Below, piece by piece: positions 49,187 through 61,100 of a DNA stretch of 64,000 nucleotides (the stretch's first letter is position 1; every line of letters starts with the position of its first letter). Made by a program: the position numbers and the translations under genes. The notes beneath the pieces are model-generated. The model was not told the origin of the DNA and made no database searches. It was given only the letters and a program-made list of their open reading frames with translations. The DNA comes from Tubulanus polymorphus (taxonomy: Eukaryota > Animalia > Nemertea): assembly GCF_964204645.1 (NCBI RefSeq), contig NC_134031.1, positions 15,983,807 through 16,047,806 of the forward strand, in the 5' to 3' direction.

Positions 49187-52100
49187 TACTAAGACTCTAG
49201 TACTCGAAGATTACACACCTGGGCAAATGTTCATGTAAAAGGGGGAAACAATTCAGTGAATTTCTCATCGCGTTGCTATATTTCTGTGCATACGCACACA
49301 TGTGTTAAGTATGTATGTTCGGTGCTCTCTCTTGTCAGTGTACTTATACCCGAGATAGGCTAGTTTATCTGAGTAATCCTACGGAGCTGGTGTACGAAAA
49401 GTTTTATCCTCTTTGCCAACAGTGGCGTGTTTGATTTTCCGCTTAGATTAACTCGTATTTGGATAAACCCCGAGAATTAAGCCTCTTCAACGATAAAGGC
49501 TCGAACCCCGATATCCCATTGTCTACAGTTCTGCAGATTATTTGTCGGGAGTTTATCGTTCTCTTTGTCTGTATTAAGCTCGGCAGCATCTGTGTTAGAC
49601 CGAGATTCTTTTGTTTGCCGGATTCTTCGGGATAAGTAAACTATCCTATATTCAGCCTCTAGTAGTAGTAATAGTAAGTAGGGCAGACGTCTTCAGCGTA
49701 CTGGGAAAAAACCCGAATCTATTGTTAGTACTAATCAATTGTGGGGGGCACCTCGTGATCGAATAAACATTGTTTACGAAAATTAGATCGTCATTTAGGT
49801 CAGACGCGTTCAAATATTTCCTAAACAATCGTGCGGTTGTGTTGGTGGAATTCCTCCATAATTAAGACATACCGGGTTTGCCATTTATTTTTTGGCGCCG
49901 GGTTTGCGACCTAGCTGCATACAAACTTTCCGTATATCGTGTTTAGTATTTCAGGGTCAGACATATAGCTGGTATTATTGTGTAATTGAAGAACATTGAT
50001 AATAGGAGGAAATATGAAATGATTGACATTTTCAAAAATGACTGACATTTTCTCTCTTTATGCAGATAATCTTTCGCTGAATCTGAATCCCTCAAGTCGA
50101 GTATTGTTAGAATGTTAATTACAGGATTTTGAGATGTTGATAACTCTTCTTTTTTAGTCGGGACCAACCTAAAAGTACGATTGGCTATCAGCGATACGCC
50201 AGCGAAGAACAAGATGCCGAGAACGTGTCCGAACGCAGTAAACGACCGCAGTCGCAGGTCTACGCCGCGAAGAAGGGACAGAAATGGGGTCCTTCACCGT
50301 CGCAGAGTCGAAGTCGATCGTCCAGTTCGTCTAGTTCTCATTCGAGCAGCAGTTCGAGCAGCGGTTCTCATTCTCGAGCTCAGAGGTAAGATATCTACTG
50401 TATGGAACTGTGATCTATGGCCCAAATTAGGGCAGGGCTGCCAAATGGATCTGTAGAATAAAGGCCCGACCTGAAACGTCAAACCAGGCCCTTACCAAAT
50501 TTAAGCGCGGGTCAAATTATTCCGCGTGTTAATTCTGGTTCTCTCGTTGTTTCTGGAACCAATCTGCAATCAGACGCAGAATAATATGACACGTGCTAAG
50601 ATTTGATAAGATTCGATATGGATCCAATCCGCACCACTTTGATGCAAGCAAAATCGTCCGCGTGTGATCCTGGTTTATGTACGTGTCCCACAGTGACACA
50701 GTGTGTGAGCGGGTGGTAATTGTCGAATTGGTTTCGGGGCAAGATTCCAACGAGCAGGAAATTCATCATCGCGATTAATTCATATGTTCTGTCGGCCGTG
50801 GAAAAATTGCAATTGAATATCCGCGTATTTAGCATATGGGTGTATTGTTATTTTTCATTTGTTATTTTTCACACGTGTGTATATATATGTATGTATATAT
50901 ATACGCAGAAGGAAGTAATGAAAATTTTCATTAATTTCCGCCTAATATGACCTGCATACCACACTAGCTACCACAATATAGTTAATATCGTGTCTATATG
51001 AGCGGTTATGTTGTGCAGTGTTGTTTGTCTTTCATTATTTGGCCTCACGCGTTCCCGAGGGGTTCGATTTTCGACATACCAGACCTCCGTACGTACGTGT
51101 ACATACGTTCGCATTGACGAATTCGATCGTACTTCAAACGTAATTTAATTCCAGTGTAACCTTTCCAGCATTAGCAGAGATTGGAATGCGTTATTATTAT
51201 CGAACCTCGTCAATGACATATTCCATCCCATAGACGTGGCTATCGGTTATCAATATCGTGAACGTGGAGTAGAAATTTGAAATTTTCGCGTACCGGTTAT
51301 CGGATGATTTTACTCGGAAGAATTCGCGAACAAATTCGACGGATGAATGTCGTATGATTTTTTTTTTCGGTTGTTGAGATGACGTTTAATGGATTTAATT
51401 TTTTTCCCTTATTCGCCGTAGTCGAAGCAGCAGTAACCAGAGACACGCGTCGCTCGTACAGAAAGTCGAAAGCGGCGAAGAAGAGAAAGGCCATCTCGGC
51501 ATTCTGATCTCAAATCTTCCCATGCGTTCGTCGGATTCCAGTTTGCGCGACGGTCTTTTCCACGAATACAAGAAATTCGGAAAAGTGACGGCCGTGTCGA
51601 TACAGGGTGAAGCAGATGGTCGCTTGGCTGTTATTAGTTTTAAAAAGTAAGTTGATATCCTATAAACAAATCCATCATTCTTAAAGCTTTCCATTCAAAT
51701 AAGGTGAATGCACTATAGTGCATTTTATTCCTGATTTTCAGTATTTTGTTTCTGTTTGGCGCTGAATAATACTAACTTGATTTTTGTTACATACAGCTAT
51801 GCGAAACATGTTACCGTGGGTTTTACCATTAATTCGAGCTATTTTCTTTTGAATTTCGATGAAATGTTCGTAAAAAAATGATTCGACTTGTTACACCGAT
51901 GTTAGCTCTTTTAAGAAGTTGTCAGCCGTGGATATTAATATGATACAGTAAAGCTTTTATTTCGTTTTTTCAGACATGATGATGCTACGAAGGCATTGGA
52001 AGCTTCTCGAGATAAAACTTTCTTCGGTAAAAAGATCACCGCTCAAGCTCATGAAGGAATAGGTAATTTTGAACACACTGATATCATTATTATTATTATC

Positions 52101-55100
52101 ATTAGGCCAAAAAAAAAAGATGTCTTGTTTCTCATGATTTTGAAATCCCGCCCGCATCGGAAAAATCATCGGCAAATTAGCGATAAAAATAAAGTCCGCC
52201 CTCCCGCATCATAGCTCGAAAATAAATTTGTTTTTCATAAAAATTAAAATCCGCCCACCCGCATTGATATAATACGCATATCATCATCTTTTTATCATTT
52301 TATTTCTCTACGAACGTATCGAGAAAAGTTGATCGTATAAATATCATCGGCACCACACTGGTGACTCGAACCCATATCAATGGAGTCGGTTACCGTAGGC
52401 CTAAATGTCAAATGCCAAGGTTGCTGTGGAGCTTGATTTCTGGCGTGATTCTTATTTCGAAGCGATTTCTCTTGGTAAAATGTGGTGCTAATAGCTTCCA
52501 AGATGTTGCTATCTGTTCAAATAATATTCCAAAAGGAGCCAATACTACGTTGGCCAATTCTACAAGTATCTCCAGAGTCAACAGTGATGGAACTTTTCGA
52601 AAATGCATTGGCCGGTTCTTACTCAAACTTGACAGTTAGTGAAGAAATGCGTGACGTTCACGAGAAGTATATAGAGTGTCCAGATTTACTGAAAGCCGAT
52701 ATTTCTAGGACCGTAGAAGGTGTTGCAATGGATTTTCAGGATTCACCAATCATTTTCAGGATTAAGCAGTGATTTTCCAGTAAAATAAAAATAAAAAACT
52801 ACCTCCCGCATCTGAAGAAAATATGTCAGAGGGATATTTTTATTGATATAATAAAAAAAAAAAAGACACCTCCCGCATCTCCAAAAAAAATTCAAACAGT
52901 TCCTTTTATTTCTACTTTTTTTTTTTTAAAGTACATAAAAATAAAAACCGCCCGCCCTCGTCATAGTAAAAAAGAAAAGTGTGATGAGAAACAAGGCATC
53001 TTTTTTTTTGGCCTTAGGTATCATATTTTTTCCATTTTTCGTGATCTATTCAGTGTAAGACTCGGCTCTTAGCTACTAAACAACATTTTTAAAGTGTTTT
53101 TTTTTTCAAAAATCCAATTGATAAAAGTCAATTTATGGAAACCAAAATGCTAGAATATTAATATTATTATGACATTTTCAATATTTTTACATAAAACTTA
53201 TTCCTGAGGCTCTAAGGCACTTTACAGATTATCAAGTTTCTCTGGATAAGCCATGTTCATCAATAAAACGTGAAGAGCAGTTTCCAAATCATAAGAATTT
53301 CTTATCAAAGAATTGTTGTCTTCTTGCCATCAAGGGATTGATACCGTTTTCTAACTGACCGTGTTTTTTCGTCCTTTAAAAACAGAGCCCGATGATTGTG
53401 AGTTCCGTCCACCAGAAGCAGAATTAGACGAGTACCATCCGAAAGCCACGCGCACGCTATTCGTCGGTAACCTTGAGAAAGACATTACGACTCAAGAGCT
53501 GCGTTCGATTTTCAAAGATTACGGAGATATTCTGGTACGTTGAAAAAACTATCTACCACGGGAATGATATAGAATACGGTAAAACTTGCCTAATTCGAAC
53601 TTGTTAGGAAATACTGACAAATTGGTCATAGTCAAGCGAAAGTCTTCGGTTAAGGGGTTGGAAAATATGTTATGAAGTCGCAATGATTTTGTTTTTTGTC
53701 CGAGTTACTCAAAAGTCATCAGAGTTGGCCATGTCTGAGTTAGGCGAGATTTATTCCGCTAGATTTACTGAATTTCGACCGATTAGTTATATTTGGCAAT
53801 TTCGCTTTTCGCAGGATGTTGATATCAAGAAACAGGGTGCCGTCTCCGCGTACGCGTTCGTACAATACACAGACATTACCAGCGTAGTGCGCGCGTTGCG
53901 AAAAATGGATGGGGAAAATATTGGTGCTAACAAAATTAAGGTGAGTTGCTAACGAACAGCTAGCGGCTAGCTACGCGTGTGATGTGTTTGTACATTAAGT
54001 AATTAACAGCTAGCTAGTGTGTTAATGTATGTGTAAGTAAAGCGATAACTAATCGCGTAGTATGCATTATACTTGATTAAGAATTGCATGTACTATCTTT
54101 GATGTACACGGCAGATATCGTTTCGCGTTTATGTCGAAAAGGCCAGACCACTCTCTCTGAAATTATGTCTGTTAACCTCATTTCGATGTATCTATTGTAA
54201 TCAATTGCCTATTTCCATAGTTCATCTGCGTGTAGTTTAAACTGAGCGCGTGACTTATTGTCGAATGGTTGCGAACATATCCGGTATGATTGTGCCGCAA
54301 ATCCTGATTCATGAAAAATGTATTCTGAACTATTCATGACTGGGCGTACAATGGTTGAAACGTTCAATATTCAGCTGTGAATTGCCATTCCTGTTTTTTC
54401 TAAACCAAAAGAGATGAAAATTTTCTGGAAAAAAAAAATGACGATATATGTTTTTTCAGTTGGGTTTTGGTAAGAGTATGCCTACCAATTGTATATGGCT
54501 GGACTGCGTGGCCGAGACGATCGTCGAGAAGTTTCTGATGCGTCATTTCGGTCGACACGGTCACGCGAGTCATTGCGTAATGGATCGCCACCTCGGACGG
54601 GCGCTGATTTTCTACGATTCGGTCGAATACGCGCAGTACGCTCTGAACGAAATGCGAGGACGCATACTCGGCGCCAAGAGAATTCAGGTAAGGCTCAAAG
54701 AGTCTGAAACATCTCTAAAAAAATCAGGAAATTTTGTAAAAAAAAAATCAGGGAATTCGGATGATGCTATTGATGCGTGTTTTTTATCAGTACATGATTC
54801 AATGAAAAATGAATGAATCGTAACATTTTAAATCTTGAGATTTCTCTGATTCGCTCTCAGGGAGTTTTGTTTAATCGTATGGAAAAATCAGGATTGTAAA
54901 TTGGCAGAAAGTGGCCACCTTGACTTACCTCATTATATCTATTTATAAAATGATTAAAATAATAATGATGATAATAGTAATAATTAGTAATAATCTACTG
55001 CTTCCTAAATCTGTAACTTTGAAAAGTGAAGAATTTTCCCGACGATCTTGCCATTACAGATTGATTTCGCAAGTCGAGATTGTCAGACCGATTTCTACGA

Positions 55101-58100
55101 TAAACTTGAAGCGACCGGACAGCTACGACCCGGCGATCGGCCCGAGGAGCGGCCACCAGCGGCGGGTAGCGTTAACCCTCCTGCGGCGGGCGGACGCTAT
55201 AACCGCGCTCCTTCGGAACAGTAAGTTTTCGAAATGTGATACATTAAAATGTATCTCAATTGGTAGTGCTTAAACCTTTGATAGTTATTTCCAAATTTCG
55301 ATGCTGGTTAAGGCTGGATGGAAAACTGTTGTAAGGTTTATAGGTGCCTAAATGTATTTTGCTTATTATGTACTCTACTGGTACTGTTTTATGTATCGGT
55401 TAGGTTTCTGTCTTGAAAAATGACCATAGCTCAAAAGCCCCTCAAATACCCCTGAAATTTCATATTGATGGTCGTGTAGGTACCGGAAAAACTGGAACTA
55501 AAAGATTTCCAATTTTGTTTATTTGACTGACCATCTAACCATCTGATTTCAAAATCAGACTCCCTTTTTCATTCTCAGCAGTTTTGGTGGGTTTGTAAGG
55601 AACTCCAAATCAAATCAATCAAATAGATAAGGGGTCAATCTCCTATTTCAAGATCATAAGCTAACCGACATCTATGGAACTGGTATGTCTGCCTGTCTTT
55701 TAATCACCTAATGTAATATTCCATTATAGATACGAGCCGCGGGGTTATCAGGCGTACGGTGATAATCGACCGAGTTATCGTAACAACGCGCAGAATCGGC
55801 CTGGACGCGCGCAGTTCCGAAACCGCGGTCGTAGTTTTTACAATTCCGAGTCGGGTTCGTATGATGACATCGGCGGTGAACGAAGGCGCAGGTAAGAATA
55901 TCGAGTTACATCTTAAAAATGTTGAACGAACCGGGGGACATAAGTCATTCTGGATTAAACATTACGAAGAAATGGAGATTGAATTTACATGGTTTTGCAT
56001 TGGCCTCCATCAATTTTTGGCGTAGATATCTTGAGCCTTGATAGACCCCTTCAATTTCACCCACTTATTTCATCAATTATGCTTTATGGAAAATATGAAG
56101 TGTATATTGTACGCCAGAAAATAGAAGGTATTTGTACTAACTAGCGTCTTTCCGAATGGTTGTTTTGCTTTGAAATCTGATGTCATTAGTTTTCCTCTTC
56201 CTTTTGCTTGTACTTTTCTGAAAATGCTGAACGCGTAAACGTTTTACATTTTCAGAAAAGTACAAACAATAAGAGAAAACAACCATAAGGCATCTATCTG
56301 TGAGATCAAATATTTTCGATTACAACATTTACAATATTTTCGATTACAACATTTACTATATATTTGTACGGATTTTAACCATTGATGAAACACTACATAT
56401 AAAGAATCCCACGCTTATAAAACGAGAAAGATGAATTCCGAAAAGATTCCTTCAAGCTAATGATTTATTGATTCGACGTTTCGACTATAATCTAATAGTC
56501 ATCTTTAGAAATACTGAAATATTGTACGGACTTCATTTCTCATTGTCTCGTCATGTCTGCTATTCACTGATCTAGTTTTGTGTGGTTGTATTTTTCAGAC
56601 ACTTCGATGAATTCAGTCAAGGGAGTAACACGTCGTTTATGAACGACGATTCATACGAACAGGAATTACGAGATTATAGTTTCGGACAGCGAGAACGACG
56701 CGATTTCGACGCGAGTCCGAGTCCGCCGCGGGAACGTCGTGTCGAGTCCCGCGACGGCAGCCCATTCCGTCGATTGCCGGCACAATACGAACAGTACGAC
56801 CGCTACCCGGAGCGTTACGGCGAACGTTACCGCGACACGGACAGTCAGGGAGAGTTGGACAATGCGCGCGGTGGCGGCAGCGGCGGCGATCCGCGTCGCG
56901 ATTTCCGCGATCGCTACGGCTTCGACGACAAACACGAACGAAAACCGCGGCACAGACGTTCGGAGTCGCTAGAAAGCGGCAGCAGCATGCGACGCAGTAT
57001 GAGTCCGTCGGAACGACGCAAGGAGAAAGTGCGACGCGTCGCGCGAACTCTCGGCGAGCCGGTCGACGACTTCGCGCAGTCGCAGCGCTCGCACAGTCCG
57101 ATGGACTTCGACGAAGCGTACCGGGAATACAAACACAAGGAACGGCGGATTAAAGAGAAAGAAGAGAGTGAACGGACGAAACATTCAACGGAATTACGCG
57201 GTAAAAAACTACGCGGCGTCGGCGGTGAGAATAACGCGGCGTCGTGGAAATCGGCGTACGATTCCGATTCATCGCGCAGCGACGCTTCGGACAGCGAACG
57301 CAAGTGGAGTACGGAGAAAGGCGGTGCCGCGAAGCGTCTGCGCGACGAGATACTCGAGGACAGCGAGGCGGCGTCGAATTGGAAATTATTACAACGTCAA
57401 CATTCGTCGCGTAGTTTATCGAGTTCGGGCTCGCGCGGCAAAAAGGATATAGCCGCTACGGCCGCCGCTCCAGCGGAACCGATGGAGGCGTGTTCGTCGG
57501 CGGACGTCGTCGTCGTCGCCAGCGGTAAAACAGAACTGGATTTACACGAACGAACGCGTAAAGACGAAGCGGCGCGACGTCTTAAAGACGAGGACGAAGC
57601 GCTGAAAAACATACCTGCTGAATTCAGTCCGCCTAGTGATAATTCGGACCAAGACTCGGAGATCGACGAGTCGCAGCAGTCGAGCGTCGATCTGACGAAG
57701 TTGCAGAAGGAGAAGTTGCAGTTGTTGATGATGTTGAAGCAGCTCGACGACGGCGGCAGCGGCAGCGATAACGAACAGGGCGCCGGCGGCGACGACAAAC
57801 GCGCGAATAAACGCGCGAAACTGGTCGAAGACGTTCTAGAGGATACGCGCAAATTCCAAAGGTAAGTCGTTATTGATTATTGTAAAATAGCCTCACTCGG
57901 ACGTAGTGAGTAGATATTGGAATTCACTTATCTAAAAATAATCTAAAAGAATTAAAAACAATATATTTATCGAGAATTAATAGAGACTTAAAGGAGTCTT
58001 ACATAGACTTTTGATTTCGATTGATTTCATTATTGTATTATCGGGTTGTATTGAAAACCCCAGCCCCGCCCCTCCTATCTGACCAGGCTGTCAGCAACGA

Positions 58101-61100
58101 TGATTTGAATTATATTTATATCTAGTCCCGCGATGATAAGTCTTGATTAACAAATTTCGATCAATCAAAATATTGGAAAGTTCATTTTAGGCATTTTTAG
58201 CTTGTTTGATTTTTATACATTGTGGGTTTTGATCATTCTGATGATGATAATGATGAGGCTTATATAATGCAGCCTGTGCGCTCGGAGCGCTTGTCAGATA
58301 TGTTTTTATTAATTGGTATCATTATTCCCCCAGCCTTTAACTCTAGCCATGTATCAATCATATCTCCCTGGGGAGAATTAACAACTCGAATTCAGTGCTA
58401 CGAAGTCATCGGTCCAGGTATTCATTCACTCCTGGGTGGATAGGGGCAACAAGTATAAGTGTCTAACTCAGCAAATTACGAATTATTGATATTGCTAATT
58501 GGAAAGGAAAAATTGTATTAACATCTGTCGTAGGCTTTCTTCTCTTAAAAATCAATGGGTAATTGAAACGTTATTATGTGGCATGCGCGTCGTTTGCATA
58601 TTATATCGGTAAATGGGTTTTTATAGGCTACGTGGTGAAATTGATAAAAAAATGTATACACATCAGGATATTATCGACCAGGAAGACTGGCTGCGCATAG
58701 ACGACGCTTTATCATCGTCTCTTTAGAATAAACCTGAACAAACATTGATATCAATGATTTCGGAATAGATTCGCGATTTAGTTATTATTTTGTATCGCAA
58801 TTGGGTTACGAGTCCATTGATCGCGGGGTGTCTTCTGCGAATTTCAGTCGAAAAGATTTACGGTCACCAAGTTCTTAACATGAACCAACCGGTTGTATTC
58901 ATATGTATACATGTTTGCTCGATAAACCGCAGTATTTGGCTCTAGTTATTCTGCCCTCGTGCTATATTTAATGTATTTATATTTATGTGTACGTATGTAG
59001 CGAGACGTGTTTGTTGTGTATTAACATTTCTAAATATACCTGTGACAGGACGGTCATAATGAATGACTCATACATTGCTATCGTCGTCGACATTGCTAGA
59101 CGCATTGCATTCAGCGATAACAACACCATATTTTATCAATGTTTGGAAAATTTTCCATTTTAATGTATTCATTAGGCCTATTTAGTGGCAGCTGTATGGA
59201 AAAAATTCTTGTAGGTTTAATTTGCGATGTGGGCGTACGGTGTATAATCAAAATTCACTATTTATGGGTGGAACAGTTTCATTTTTGCATTTCCGTTATT
59301 TTAATCTTTTTGTTTGGTTATAGACATGGTGACGATCACAAATCAGAGCAGAGCTACCGCAAACAGATGGAAGCTCGTCGCCATCAGATGGAAGAAGAGG
59401 TACGCGTTCTCAAGCAGAAGGCGAACAAGTTCGCGGCCGGAGATAAACACCGCGTCGACGTGGAAGAGGGCGAAATGGTTTCCGAAACGGAGCGCGACAT
59501 CGCGCCCGATAATCTCGCGCGTAAAAAACGTAAATTCAGTGATATATCGCCGGACGTGAAGCCGAAACGTTCGTATCGGACTAAATCGAGTAGCGAAGGG
59601 ATTATAAGCATGAGCGACGACGAGTTCGCGTCGCGTAACGCCGAACCGGACATGCACATATTCAAATCGCCGTCGGTGAACGAGGATCGTCCGACCGACA
59701 TCCGAATCGAGGTCGGCGAGGACGGGAACTTGCGCCGGCCGGACGGCTCGTCGCGTAGTCCCGCGCGCGATCGTCGCCACCGCGATTTCGGCGACGATAA
59801 GCGAGAACTTTCGTTGCCGTTGCCGAAGTTCGCGTTGTTGCTGTGCAACATGTCCCCGCGTGTGCAGCAGCAACAGCAGCAGCAATCGTCCGAAAAACAG
59901 GCGTCGTCCCCGAAATTGATGTCGCCGCAGGTGCTCGTGTCGCCGGCGCCTTCGTCGACGGAGAAAACGACGCCGCAAGTGTCGCCCGATATTCCGAAAC
60001 AAGACTCTGAAAACGACGAATCGCGCAAAGCGGATAGTACGGAAACCACGCCGAAAGCGCGGAGCAAAAAGAAACCGGATTCGCTGTCGTTGAGCGGTGC
60101 CGGTTTCGGCAGTCCGTTGACCGACGACAGTCTGTCGCCGAAATCACCATCTGAGATTTCGTTGGAGGAACGCATTCGTCGACTCGATGAGAAACTCAGT
60201 AAAACCGAGTCGGTACGCGCTCCGGTGGTCGAAACAGTCACGCCTCCCGCCCCGACGGCTGCCGTAACCACGCCGATAACGATCGATTACCAAAAATACA
60301 AAATCAAGAAACGACAAGACTCGACGAACTCGATGCCTCCGCCTCCGGAGAAGAAAGCCGAACCGTCGGATATCGTGAAGTCGTTACTGTCGCGCAGTAG
60401 TATATTCGACGAAGACGCCAAACGTCTCGAGCGGATTAACGAAAAATACGAACCGAAGGATTACACGAATCTGGAAGCCGATCGGTTGGGGTTTCGTCTG
60501 AGTACGACGGATCCTGAAAACAGCGACGACGTGATCGGCAACAATATCGATCACGTAACGGATTCGGTCGATCTGGAACAGGTGCCGGAGATAATCAGCA
60601 GCCACACGTCGGTTTCGCCAACGTCGATTTTGAAGAAATCTCCGATGAAAGAAAAGGATGTAGTCATGCCGAAGTTACCGCTTGTGGTACCAGCTAAAAC
60701 GCAGGCTGTTGTGATGAATGTATTTGCGGATACACCGCCAGCAGCGGCGGCTGCATTGACTTCCGCAGCATCGTGTGAGATCGCTGCGTCTGAAAAAACT
60801 GATGACAATCTATTCGTGAAGCCAGAATCGCCGTTACTTCCTCCAAAAAAGTCTCCAGTCGCGCAGCCCCTTATAAAAAAGGAAGTTGTTTCACCTGTGA
60901 AACTGGAAACGGAGATCGAACGAAATATTCCGACGCCCGGGCTGAAAAAAGAAGTGGTAGAGTATTCAGAAACTGTAGAAGTGAAACAGGAAAATGTTGA
61001 AACTGTCGACGATGTAAATGTGAAAATTCCAGAACCACCAATTGAAGACTCAGATCAGCAAACAATGATTCACGACAATGCAGTAGAAGAGGCAATGGAA

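Noticed and set aside
50193-50385. SPEN exon 4 starting at the tatcag acceptor (50193)
   Set aside because: Wrong phase; the upstream tttttag acceptor (exon start 50158) keeps the frame.
56666-57852. Overlapping alternative-frame and antisense ORFs
   Set aside because: Shadows of the GC-rich SPEN exon 12.
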